Source: a virus (taxonomy: Duplodnaviria > Caudoviricetes). Taken from it: a DNA stretch of 64,000 nucleotides. The notes beneath the pieces were generated by a model, which saw nothing but the letters and a program-made list of their open reading frames with translations, searched no databases and was not told where the DNA came from. This document shows, one piece after another, positions 52,686 through 61,830 of the stretch. The DNA is taken from the IMG/VR virus record IMGVR_UViG_3300025889_000070. One strand, written 5' to 3'. The translations under genes were made by a program, and so were the position numbers. The stretch's first letter is position 1. Every line of letters begins with the position of its first letter.

Positions 52686-53490
52686 TGATTTAGGTTATTT
52701 TAAACGATCAGCAAATTATTCAGACAAGTATAGTGGAATGGATTGTTTAGAAAAATGTACGGATAAGGAATGGTTTAAGAATTATCCTATACAGGACTTT
52801 GATTATAAATTTAATAGTTGGGGTTTTAGAGGACCAGAATACAATCAATATATTAGCAAACCGGTTAATATATGTCTGGGAGACAGTTTTACTGTTAATG
52901 TAGGCGGTCCTATAGAACACAGTTGGCCTAGTTTGTTACAAGAAAAGTTTGATATTCCATGTTTGAATTTAGGAATGGACGGGGCTGGTAACGATAGCAT
53001 TAGATTAGTTTATGATCGTGCCTGCAAATTATTTGATGTTCAAAAAACTTTTGTAGTATATTCTTTTTTTCATAGACGCTTAGAAAATGGCAGGTTTATG
53101 AGTGAACCACATGAACATATAGATAACATAATTTATTTTGAAAAAAACTTTATAAATGACACATATTTTAATTTTATTCCGCCATGGTGTTGGACAGATG
53201 AAGAATTAGATTATATTAGTAGCCGATCTAAATTTTATATAAATTTAAATTATAAATCTTGGAACGATACTTTAGATAGGCAATATTGTTACAGAGAACA
53301 ATATAACCAGCTAAAGGGCGCTGATTGGCCTACATATGATGAATTCTTAGCGGGCGCAGATCCACATCCAGATGTTTATACTCAAGAATTTAGATTACGA
53401 ACTAACTTATATAGTAACAGGGACGGGTTTCACCTTAGTTTAGAGGGAAACCAAAAATTAGCCGACAACTTATACGAACAAACTAAATAA
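52675..53490 (+). CDS. SGNH-like hypothetical protein
   Basis: NSWGFRG, LGDSFT, NLGMDGAGN, DGFH...GN. Confidence 0.65.
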   Translation: MLINDLGYFKRSANYSDKYSGMDCLEKCTDKEWFKNYPIQDFDYKFNSWGFRGPEYNQYISKPVNICLGDSFTVNVGGPIEHSWPSLLQEKFDIPCLNLGMDGAGNDSIRLVYDRACKLFDVQKTFVVYSFFHRRLENGRFMSEPHEHIDNIIYFEKNFINDTYFNFIPPWCWTDEELDYISSRSKFYINLNYKSWNDTLDRQYCYREQYNQLKGADWPTYDEFLAGADPHPDVYTQEFRLRTNLYSNRDGFHLSLEGNQKLADNLYEQTK

Positions 53491-53547
53491 AGACGGTAAC
53501 GCAGACTGCGGTCTAGTTCACCGACTATCTCAAAAAAGGAAAACATC

Positions 53548-54078
53548 ATGTTACCCCGTAGACATTTCTTTACGGGTGTGCCTGGTAGTCGCTGGAGTGG
53601 CGTTAGCCAAGACATAGAGTCAAGCAAACTCTACGACACATCAGACCGCACCCCCCAAAGAACATACACTCATAACCAATATTCCGGACATGTGGGTGCC
53701 TATTTTGGCGCCGGCATGGAATTCCCTGCTAGTTTGGATCCAGCTATCCTAGATGCTCCATATACAGGTTCGGGATGTCGTTTACATAAAAGTCACGAGT
53801 GGGCTTATATGTTGGATGACATCACCAACACATATCCGGACTGTTGGATAACTTTAATTTACAGACCTGATGCTGCCAGTTTTGAATGGTGGAAGCAGGC
53901 TGGTGGTTGGAATATAAGTTATCCTAATTATGACTTTTATGTGGATGATGCTGGTATGCAACACCATATAAAGCTAATGAACGAAGCTATATTAGAGTTT
54001 TCTCATAGCCACAATTTAGTATGGCACCATATAGCAAAACACGCAGATATATTAAAAACAACATGGAAACAATCCTAG
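53548..54078 (+). CDS. sulfotransferase-like/P-loop protein
   Basis: FTGVPGSRWSG; AAGGA SD; preceded by CTAAATA and a structured leader. Confidence 0.5.
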   Translation: MLPRRHFFTGVPGSRWSGVSQDIESSKLYDTSDRTPQRTYTHNQYSGHVGAYFGAGMEFPASLDPAILDAPYTGSGCRLHKSHEWAYMLDDITNTYPDCWITLIYRPDAASFEWWKQAGGWNISYPNYDFYVDDAGMQHHIKLMNEAILEFSHSHNLVWHHIAKHADILKTTWKQS

Positions 54079-55487
54079 CACTACTAGTAGGAACTCTTTA
54101 CGGACTTGTGATTGGTATAATACCAAGCGCGGGCGCGACTACTGGTTTGGTTGCACTTTTTGGTGTGATACATTACTTTGTTAGTGAGCCATATTTAGGA
54201 GTAGTTTTTCTAATGGCAGTGGTTGCAGCAAGTACAACAGGTGATAGTTTTACAGGTATACTACTAGGCATTCCAGGTGCTAACAGCGCAGCCGCTACAA
54301 TGGTAGATGGCTTTCCACTAGCACAGCAGGGCCGTGCAAGTTATGCTATCAGTGCAGCAGTTACTACAAGTACAGTTAATGGATTGCTTTGGGGATGTTT
54401 AGTTTTCATGTTGCTTCCCTGGTATAGCAATTTGTTAATGATATTGGGTATACCTGAACTGTGGGCGTTTATAGTTCTCGCTCTTGCTACGGTTGGTTTT
54501 GTAAGTAACAGTTATTGGATTAGAAGTTTAGTTGCTATTTGCGCAGGAATATTTCTAGGACTAGTGGGCGTAGATCCTACAAATAACGAACCTAGGTTTA
54601 CACTGGGTTGGTTCTATTTGCAAGATGGACTACAATTGATGCCAGTAGTTGCTGGTTTGTTTGCAGTACCAGAATTAGTAGCAGGATTAAAGCGTACAAG
54701 TACAGCACGTATTGTTCGTAATGAACTTTGGCAAGGAGTACGTGCAACCTGGCAGCATCGTTGGCTAGCATTGCGTGGTGGTTTTATAGGTGCATTTATT
54801 GGATTGTTACCTGGACTTGGTGGCGCAATGGCGGACTGGATGGCATATGGTAGTGCTGTGGCAGCAAATCCAAAAGAACAGTTTGGTAATGGTAACATCA
54901 AAGGCGTCATAGGACCAGAAGGTGCTAACAATGCACAAAAGGCAACGTCAATGATTCCTACTGTGTTGTTTGGTATTCCAGGTGCTCCGTTTGCCGCAGT
55001 GTTAATGGCATTGTTCATGTACCTAAACTTTGAACTGGGCACGCCAGATATAGCAGCAGACACAGAATTTTTCTTTAGTCTTGCGTTTGGTTTTCTATCA
55101 GCAACAGTACTAGTAGCAATCCTGTGTTTAGTTTTTATACGAACTATCACACGTATTTGTACAGTACCTTACAAGTATTATTTCCCAGTACTATTGTTAG
55201 TAATAATTTGGGCAAGTATGCAGTACACGGGCGGATGGGAAGATTTTGCAGTATTGGCAGCATTTAGTTTATTAGGCATACTATGCAAAAACTATAAGTT
55301 TAGCAGACCAGCACTTCTAATGGCGTTTATACTCGCTAACAAGATTGAGAGTTTTACCCTACAACTCACAAGTCTTTACACAGTAGGGGATTTAATAACG
55401 AGACCTATATTTATGGCAGTGATGCTGTTTACTGTAGGTATCTTCGCATATAGTTTAAAGAGGAAAGGATCTATAGATTATGCGTAA
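54063..55487 (+). CDS. tctA: Tripartite tricarboxylate transporter permease TctA
   Basis: GIPG...AAATMVDGFPLAQQG, GPEGANNA, PT..FGIPG; multiple TM segments. Confidence 0.9.
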   Translation: METILALLVGTLYGLVIGIIPSAGATTGLVALFGVIHYFVSEPYLGVVFLMAVVAASTTGDSFTGILLGIPGANSAAATMVDGFPLAQQGRASYAISAAVTTSTVNGLLWGCLVFMLLPWYSNLLMILGIPELWAFIVLALATVGFVSNSYWIRSLVAICAGIFLGLVGVDPTNNEPRFTLGWFYLQDGLQLMPVVAGLFAVPELVAGLKRTSTARIVRNELWQGVRATWQHRWLALRGGFIGAFIGLLPGLGGAMADWMAYGSAVAANPKEQFGNGNIKGVIGPEGANNAQKATSMIPTVLFGIPGAPFAAVLMALFMYLNFELGTPDIAADTEFFFSLAFGFLSATVLVAILCLVFIRTITRICTVPYKYYFPVLLLVIIWASMQYTGGWEDFAVLAAFSLLGILCKNYKFSRPALLMAFILANKIESFTLQLTSLYTVGDLITRPIFMAVMLFTVGIFAYSLKRKGSIDYA

Positions 55488-56529
55488 AATATTTTTAGCA
55501 CTCGCAGTTATGCTATTTGCAACACCAGCACTAGCAGACTACACACTTATTGTACCACAGAAGCCAGGCGGCGGTACAAGTGTTTGGGCACAGATTGTTG
55601 CCACAGAATGGGAAAAGCACCTAGGTGAAAAGATTGTTATCCGGCACATTCCAGGTGCTCGTGACATACCAGGATTCAATGCTTTTCATAATGAACTACA
55701 AAAAGACCCAAAGATCATTATGGTATCACATGGAGGCAACGGAGTAAGTTTTCTACAGGAAAAAGTAGACTACAATTATGCTGAATATGATAGCGTAGGA
55801 CTAATGAACTTGGATATTATTTCCGGTATTCGTAAAGACTACAAGGCTGGCGATAAAATTAAGTTTGCAGCAGGATCAGGCATGGTACCAGAAGGACTTG
55901 CTATCGCACAGTTGCTATGTGGCAACCTTAAGAGTATTGATGAATATGCAGCATGCTTTAAGGATAAGGTTACATGGGTACCTGGCATGAGCGGTGGGCA
56001 GCGTAGACTGGCATTCAAGCGTGGCGAGCTCAATGGCACTAGAGAGAATCCAGCAGCATACAAAAAGCACGTTGAATCAAATCCTGATGCGACGTTGTGG
56101 TTTACACACGGCATTCTACAAAAGGATGGATCACATGCTGACGATCCAAACTATCCCGGCTACCAGTTCGAGATCTTATTTGAGAAGCGTTGGGGTGAGA
56201 AGCCCGACAATGTGCTCTATCCTGCTTATAAGCTAGTAAAGAGTTTCCGTGACGGATTACAAAAAGCACTATGGGTAAGCAAAGGTAATCCTAACCGTGA
56301 TCATCTAGTCAAAACACTTACAGCAATGACCCGTGATCTAGATAGCATATCAGCTATTCAGAAAAAGGTAGGCGAGTATGACTGGGTAATTGGCAATGCT
56401 GGCAATGCTCATCGCGATACATTAATGAGTTTTGTAACTGAATCTGCGCTAAAAACACTAGTAGATTTTAATACCCAGGCATTTGGTTTAAAGAGTGTTT
56501 ATAAACCTGAACTTATTCATGGAAAGTAA
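55480..56529 (+). CDS. TctC/Bug-family periplasmic solute-binding protein (divergent)
   Basis: Signal peptide; LIVP..PGGGT, IPGA. Confidence 0.7.
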   Translation: MRKIFLALAVMLFATPALADYTLIVPQKPGGGTSVWAQIVATEWEKHLGEKIVIRHIPGARDIPGFNAFHNELQKDPKIIMVSHGGNGVSFLQEKVDYNYAEYDSVGLMNLDIISGIRKDYKAGDKIKFAAGSGMVPEGLAIAQLLCGNLKSIDEYAACFKDKVTWVPGMSGGQRRLAFKRGELNGTRENPAAYKKHVESNPDATLWFTHGILQKDGSHADDPNYPGYQFEILFEKRWGEKPDNVLYPAYKLVKSFRDGLQKALWVSKGNPNRDHLVKTLTAMTRDLDSISAIQKKVGEYDWVIGNAGNAHRDTLMSFVTESALKTLVDFNTQAFGLKSVYKPELIHGK

Positions 56530-56537
56530 TATAAATA
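56530..56537 (+). promoter_or_regulatory. T4-type late promoter (representative)
   Basis: TATAAATA; (A/C)TAAATA also precedes genes at 5880, 9140, 20954, 31710, 32452, 34976, 39285, 46340, 53483 and on the minus strand. Confidence 0.7.
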
Positions 56538-56561
56538 CACTTATATAACAGGTGTACCACT

Positions 56562-57092
56562 ATGGATATTAAAGAAATTGTTGAAAACACTAAAAAAGTT
56601 TACATGAGTGACTCCAGTTTGGAGTTGCTCATGGACTTTGAACGTGTACTTGATGAGGTAGATTTATACGCTTTTAAAAACTGGAAGCGGGGCGAACTTG
56701 TAGAAGGACCAATCAAACACAAACACTGGGTAGAGTGTACATTTATGTACCCAAGTAAACTAATGCCAGACCCAGATGGCGGCAAGCGACTTTTGGGGTA
56801 TAACGCTATTATTGAGTACAAGAAAGACAAGCTCAAGACTCCAGTTAAAGTAGAAGATTATAGTGATTTTAGACCTGGTACAAAGAAACCAAAACTAAAA
56901 GAAGATCCAGTATGGTTAGTAAAAGTAAAACTGCCAGTTGAACTAGTTAAAGATACACAAGAAGGTTTTGTGGAACTTGAAGGCAAAGATATAGACTTAT
57001 CAGATCTGGACCAAGCATATGACCAGGGCTTAGAAGGCGGCGGTGACATCATGAACCAACAGCAAGTAGCAATGCCCGGAGCAACACAATGA
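56562..57092 (+). CDS. conserved phage protein
   Basis: LMDFERVLDE.DLYAFKNW..GELVEGP. Confidence 0.75.
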   Translation: MDIKEIVENTKKVYMSDSSLELLMDFERVLDEVDLYAFKNWKRGELVEGPIKHKHWVECTFMYPSKLMPDPDGGKRLLGYNAIIEYKKDKLKTPVKVEDYSDFRPGTKKPKLKEDPVWLVKVKLPVELVKDTQEGFVELEGKDIDLSDLDQAYDQGLEGGGDIMNQQQVAMPGATQ

Positions 57093-57637
57093 CCCAGCTA
57101 GCTGAAGGTTTGGAAAGAGACGATTTACAGGACAGAGTTGAACCCAAGGTTCACTTTGATGAGTTTGCTCCTAAAATGGGAACTGATGATCAAATTATCG
57201 TTAGTAGCTTTATGGTAATGGGTCAACAGGTAGCGTATGATTTGGAAAACTTTTTAGAAAAAGGTTACCCCTGGATACTGGATGCTGAAACCAGTGCTGG
57301 CGAGAAAGAGCCCGGGTATTACATTGTGTTTGTTGAAGCAGAACGCAGAACCAGTTTTCCAGAAAAGTTTATGAGCTTAATCAGTGACTTGGAAAATATC
57401 ACTGGCATTAAACCCAGTGACTGGATTATGAAATATTATCAGGGCACACGGCGCGATCCTAAATACAAACTTACGACACAGAACATTAGCACACATGTTC
57501 CACTGAGTCCTAGAAAATATAGACAAAATAAACAAAGTGAAAATATGTTAGAAAGCATGTTAAACATAGCAAGAGTTCCACGAAGAAAAGGTGACACACA
57601 TGAATTTAGACAATCTAAGAAAACAGCTAGAAATTGA
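57089..57637 (+). CDS. conserved phage protein
   Basis: IDE..PKMG.D-like motif; coupled ORF. Confidence 0.7.
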   Translation: MTQLAEGLERDDLQDRVEPKVHFDEFAPKMGTDDQIIVSSFMVMGQQVAYDLENFLEKGYPWILDAETSAGEKEPGYYIVFVEAERRTSFPEKFMSLISDLENITGIKPSDWIMKYYQGTRRDPKYKLTTQNISTHVPLSPRKYRQNKQSENMLESMLNIARVPRRKGDTHEFRQSKKTARN

Positions 57638-58040
57638 CGAGGGTGTTGTATACGAAGTTTATCTTGACCATCTTGGGTACCCTACTTTTGGTATCGGTCA
57701 TCTGGTTACGGAATCAGACCCAGAGAATGGACTTGCAGTGGGGACCCCCGTTGATGCTGACAGAGTCGCTGAAGCCTTCGAGTCAGATATCCAATCAGTC
57801 TTGTCAGATTGCGACAAACTTTACTCAGACTTCGCCGATCTGCCAGAAGAAGCTCAAGAAATAATTGCTAACATGATGTTTAATCTTGGGTATCCTCGAT
57901 TATCAAAGTTTGTTGGAATGAAAAGAGAAGTAGATGCCAGGAACTGGAATGAAGCTGCCAATGAAATGGTGGATAGTCAGTGGTATCGTCAAGTAGGTGC
58001 AAGAGCTGAAAGACTTGTAGAGAGAATGAGAGCTATTTAG
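57600..58040 (+). CDS. T4-type lysozyme (GH24 endolysin)
   Basis: DEG...Y.D.LG..T.GIGHL; NM.FNLG; S.WY.Q...RA.RL. Confidence 0.92.
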   Translation: MNLDNLRKQLEIDEGVVYEVYLDHLGYPTFGIGHLVTESDPENGLAVGTPVDADRVAEAFESDIQSVLSDCDKLYSDFADLPEEAQEIIANMMFNLGYPRLSKFVGMKREVDARNWNEAANEMVDSQWYRQVGARAERLVERMRAI

Positions 58041-58049
58041 AGAGCATTA

Positions 58050-58511
58050 ATGGGATTAAAACTCGCTGGTATAATGTTAGTACTAATTCTGGCTATGTCT
58101 GGCATAGGCTATTGGTACTACAACGACACGCAGGAAAAAATGCGTATTCTTGTTGCTAATGAAGCAAAGGCTACAATAGCTGCTCAAACAGCAGAAGCAG
58201 CAACTAAAGCACTACAAGAAAGTTATCAGCGCATGAGCAAGGAGTTAAATCGTGTTAATGACGAGTTTGCAGAGGCAAGAGCAAATAATAAAGTTCTTAC
58301 TAGCAAACTTGCTAAACACGATCTAGCTGTACTGGCAGAGAAAAAACCAGATTCTGTACAACGCATTATTAATAGTGCTAGTGCTAAAGTATTAAGATGC
58401 TTTGAGATTGAGAGTGGTTCAAAATTAACGGAGGCAGAAAAAAATGCTAAGTCAGGCAAAGCGTTCAATTCGGAATGTCCTTGGCTTTGGCCTGGTGCTA
58501 GCAAGCCTTAG
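58050..58511 (+). CDS. Rz-like inner-membrane spanin
   Basis: N-terminal TM helix, coiled coil, two C-terminal Cys; follows the endolysin. Confidence 0.7.
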   Translation: MGLKLAGIMLVLILAMSGIGYWYYNDTQEKMRILVANEAKATIAAQTAEAATKALQESYQRMSKELNRVNDEFAEARANNKVLTSKLAKHDLAVLAEKKPDSVQRIINSASAKVLRCFEIESGSKLTEAEKNAKSGKAFNSECPWLWPGASKP

Positions 58512-58914
58512 TGCTTGCAGTAGTCCTAGAGTACTAGAGGTAAGTGCCAAGCCAGTTGAAATACCCAAACTTACTCTGCCCAAAGCAGACGTTCTTAATT
58601 TTGCTAGTAAAGAAGTAGAATGGCATGTAATTACGCTGGAAAATTATCAAGCAGTTTTTGATGAGATAAAAAAGTCCGGCAGACCTATGACACTGTTTGC
58701 ACTCACAGATAAGGGCTATGCTAACCTTGGCGAAAATTTAAGTAGTATAAGAGCATTTATAGAACAGCAAAAAGCTATTATTATTGCCTATGAAAACTAC
58801 TATAAAGAAAGTGATAAAGCAATCAAAGATGCTAATAAAGAAATAGAAAAAAGCAAGGAAGATCTTAAAAAAAGTGCTGAGCCCAGCTTTAGCTTAAAAG
58901 GATTGTTCAAATGA
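58444..58914 (+). CDS. Rz1-like outer-membrane lipoprotein spanin
   Basis: Lipobox LSAC, Pro-rich stretch, overlaps the 3' end of Rz. Confidence 0.7.
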   Translation: MLSQAKRSIRNVLGFGLVLASLSACSSPRVLEVSAKPVEIPKLTLPKADVLNFASKEVEWHVITLENYQAVFDEIKKSGRPMTLFALTDKGYANLGENLSSIRAFIEQQKAIIIAYENYYKESDKAIKDANKEIEKSKEDLKKSAEPSFSLKGLFK

Positions 58915-59099
58915 CTATAGACGGCGGGACATATGTTGGTACATCAGGAGCAAACTCACACTGTAATAACTGTGGTCATCCCAGTCACTGTGGTGTGCCA
59001 CTCTATGAAGATTCCTGGTCAGCCTACGGAAAGAGACTGGGCAGAATAGAAATCTGTAAAAATTGTACATGCTCTGAGTGCTCTAATGAAACAAGTTAA
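58911..59099 (+). CDS. small Zn-binding protein
   Basis: CNNCGHPSHCG...CKNC.C..C. Confidence 0.6.
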   Translation: MTIDGGTYVGTSGANSHCNNCGHPSHCGVPLYEDSWSAYGKRLGRIEICKNCTCSECSNETS

Positions 59100-59282
59100 A
59101 TGTGGGAACAATATAGTATATCTTATAGTAGAGGGCTAAGTTATTATACTTACTTAGCGATGCGTGATAGCGTTTATAGAATTCATGAGTTATTTAATAA
59201 AAAGATAGAGATGTACGATTCTCTCTACATGATTAAAATAATAAGCTATAGAGAATTGCAAAATTATTACAAAATAGGATAG
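59100..59282 (+). CDS. hypothetical protein
   Basis: 60-aa ORF filling the gap. Confidence 0.4.
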   Translation: MWEQYSISYSRGLSYYTYLAMRDSVYRIHELFNKKIEMYDSLYMIKIISYRELQNYYKIG

Positions 59283-59286
59283 TAAA

Positions 59287-59682
59287 ATGAAAAAGTTTTT
59301 ATCAACAAGTTTAGTTTTAGTATTTTTATCGGGATGTGCTCTAACTGATGTAATACCCAGTTTTTGGGACGACAACCAAAGTTCACGTATAGTGGATGTT
59401 TATGTTAAAGCAACAAACATGGATTGTAAACAACCACACCTATCTCAGGTAACCAGCATTAGAGACGACTTACAGTGGTTCAAGCTATACAGTGAAAGCA
59501 AGGGCTGGCTACAGCGAGATGTTCTAAAACTTATTAAACCCATGCAGGACACTGTAGAGGATTTTTATAAGCGCAGTAAAGAAAAGCAGGGCAGCGAAGC
59601 CTATTGTGAAATTAAAAAGAAACTATTGATCAAACAGAGCAAAGACAGTGCTCAGGCAGTACTAGGAAGGTATGACTTATAA
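59287..59682 (+). CDS. lipoprotein
   Basis: Lipobox LSGC. Confidence 0.75.
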   Translation: MKKFLSTSLVLVFLSGCALTDVIPSFWDDNQSSRIVDVYVKATNMDCKQPHLSQVTSIRDDLQWFKLYSESKGWLQRDVLKLIKPMQDTVEDFYKRSKEKQGSEAYCEIKKKLLIKQSKDSAQAVLGRYDL

Positions 59683-59942
59683 TGGAAAAACTAAATGAAG
59701 CAGTAAATGATTTAAAGGCTTTAATTGACAATGGTCCAGATTGGGCTAGCGAACGGGCGAAGATTGCGCTAGATTTATTTGAACAAGTAAAAACAGGTAG
59801 CATAAGCCAAAGCGAGTACGATGAATTATTAGAAGATTTAGTTCGTACAGATAAGCTAGATGAACTAGCCGACGATCTAAATACAAAAAATAATCTAGTA
59901 GCAACTGTAATGGTGCTAAAGAACTTTGCTAGTCTAGTTTAA
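59682..59942 (+). CDS. hypothetical protein
   Basis: TAATG-coupled ORF. Confidence 0.7.
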   Translation: MEKLNEAVNDLKALIDNGPDWASERAKIALDLFEQVKTGSISQSEYDELLEDLVRTDKLDELADDLNTKNNLVATVMVLKNFASLV

Positions 59943-60019
59943 TAAAAAAAATTTTTGTAACTTTTTTGTAACACTCTATAAGTTAAATAACTAGGAACAA
60001 CAGATGGAGTTTTTTAAAT

Positions 60020-60979
60020 ATGGAACTAGTTACAATATGGATGGCCGTGGGATTTCTCATGGCAGCATACAGTGTTATCGCTAACGACAGTGTACAAACA
60101 CTGGGCACTTGGATAGCCAGCAATCACGAGCGTTTTTCTTGGAAAATACTTTGGGCCGCCGCTAGTGCGGTTTTATTATGGGCATTATGGTATGGGTGGT
60201 ATACCTCAGGAGGAGATATTAGTTATGGACGTTTAACTAAGATCCCATTTCAAGAGATATACTGGTACCATGCTGTAGCACCGGGAATATTGCTTTTATT
60301 AACACGAGTAGGCGTACCAGTAAGTACGTCCTTTTTAGTTTTAAGTGCATTTGCAACTAGCTTTGTGCTTGAAAAAATGCTGATGAAGTCAATAATGGGT
60401 TATGCATTAGCGGCTGTTAGTGCTTATGCTCTATGGCATATTATTAGCAGAATAATTAATGAAAATCGATCAATGGGAGATCATTGGAGTCGTCCTTATT
60501 GGCGAACCGCGCAATGGGCCACAACTGCTCTATTATGGTGGACTTGGCTGAGCCATGACATGGCTAATATTGCGGTGTTTCTACCTAGGCAGATCCCATG
60601 GGACCTAATGATTGTTATTAGCATAGTATTTGTAGCATTGCTAGGCTTTATGTTCCGCGAAGGCGGTGGTAAAATCCAGGACATTGTTTTGGAAAAACAA
60701 ACCACACGTTACATTAGATCAGCAACACTAATTGACTTAGTATACTTGGTTATACTATACTTCTTCAAAGAATTAAATTCAATACCAATGTCAACAACAT
60801 GGGTATTCGTAGGCTTGTTAACAGGGCGTGAACTTGCTATTGCTCACGTTAGGAACACTAAAATGAAACAGGTGTTCCCAATGGTAACAAAGGACTTTAT
60901 CAAGATGATGATTGGACTTGGTGCTAGTGTTGGCATTGTATTATTCATCCATTACCTGGTAGTGCCCAACGGCTGGTAA
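60020..60979 (+). CDS. PiT/PHO4-like phosphate transporter-type membrane protein
   Basis: Duplicated signature IANDSVQ / SHDMAN resembling GANDxAN; PVSTS and PMSTT repeats. Confidence 0.6.
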   Translation: MELVTIWMAVGFLMAAYSVIANDSVQTLGTWIASNHERFSWKILWAAASAVLLWALWYGWYTSGGDISYGRLTKIPFQEIYWYHAVAPGILLLLTRVGVPVSTSFLVLSAFATSFVLEKMLMKSIMGYALAAVSAYALWHIISRIINENRSMGDHWSRPYWRTAQWATTALLWWTWLSHDMANIAVFLPRQIPWDLMIVISIVFVALLGFMFREGGGKIQDIVLEKQTTRYIRSATLIDLVYLVILYFFKELNSIPMSTTWVFVGLLTGRELAIAHVRNTKMKQVFPMVTKDFIKMMIGLGASVGIVLFIHYLVVPNGW

Positions 60980-61041
60980 TAAAATAACAGTGTAACTAAT
61001 TATGTTATTGTTCTGACTAAATATTGTTGAGGAGCAATTCA

Positions 61042-61479
61042 ATGTTAACACCAGACCAAGCAGCACAACAAATCACAGAATTTTTAATGCCGTTTATAGG
61101 CATGTTAGTGATGATTATTATAGCCATGATGATTAAAGACTGGGCTATGAAAGTAGCCAAGGGAATGGCTTTTGCCTTTAACAAAAGTTTTAGCGAAGGT
61201 GATAAAGTTATACTGGATGGAGAACGTGCCCTAATAGTTAAAATAGGCATGACTCAAACAGTGTTTGGAATTACTAAAAAAGGCGGAGAGTGGGATGGTG
61301 ACTATGTTTGGCGATATGTTCCTAATGAAAAAATCAGCGGATTGAAACTAGAAAAGGTTATTTTCGATCCTAGACCTATTCACAATGAACAACATATAGC
61401 AGTTAATAATGAGCTTATTAATAAAAATAGAGAAACTATCGAGGAGTTAAAAAATGGAAGAGCAACCAGTAAAACATAA
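61042..61479 (+). CDS. MscS-like membrane protein (TM plus beta domain)
   Basis: F..GD.V..DG....I..IG...T...VPN..I; GAGGAG SD. Confidence 0.6.
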   Translation: MLTPDQAAQQITEFLMPFIGMLVMIIIAMMIKDWAMKVAKGMAFAFNKSFSEGDKVILDGERALIVKIGMTQTVFGITKKGGEWDGDYVWRYVPNEKISGLKLEKVIFDPRPIHNEQHIAVNNELINKNRETIEELKNGRATSKT

Positions 61480-61789
61480 GATTGAACTAGAAGTAGATGT
61501 GTCTGCTACTGAAAACATAGTTGAACCAAACAAATATCAGGGTATAATTGATCTGGCAAAAGCAGTAGATAGCTGGAGAATATTTCCTAGAATCTTTATT
61601 ACAACTTACATTTATTTACTCTACAAGGTTGTGATCTGGTTTATGGCACTACCGGATCCGAACATGAACCAAGCAGGACTAGTAAGTGTGGTAGTTGGTG
61701 CTGGAGCAGCCTGGTTTGGTTTGTATACAAATAGTAGCAAAAAGTTTGATACTCCGTCAGCAAGTATGCCCACGGTCGCAAAAAAGTAA
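61454..61789 (+). CDS. 2-TM holin-like membrane protein
   Basis: DSWRIFPR, two hydrophobic helices, basic tail. Confidence 0.55.
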   Translation: MEEQPVKHKIELEVDVSATENIVEPNKYQGIIDLAKAVDSWRIFPRIFITTYIYLLYKVVIWFMALPDPNMNQAGLVSVVVGAGAAWFGLYTNSSKKFDTPSASMPTVAKK

Positions 61790-61795
61790 TAACAG

Positions 61796-61823
61796 TTGAC
61801 AACTAGGTTTTTAGTTGTATAAT
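61796..61823 (+). promoter_or_regulatory. sigma70-like promoter
   Basis: TTGACA-N16-TATAAT upstream of the J-protein gene. Confidence 0.8.
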
Positions 61824-61830
61824 TATATAT

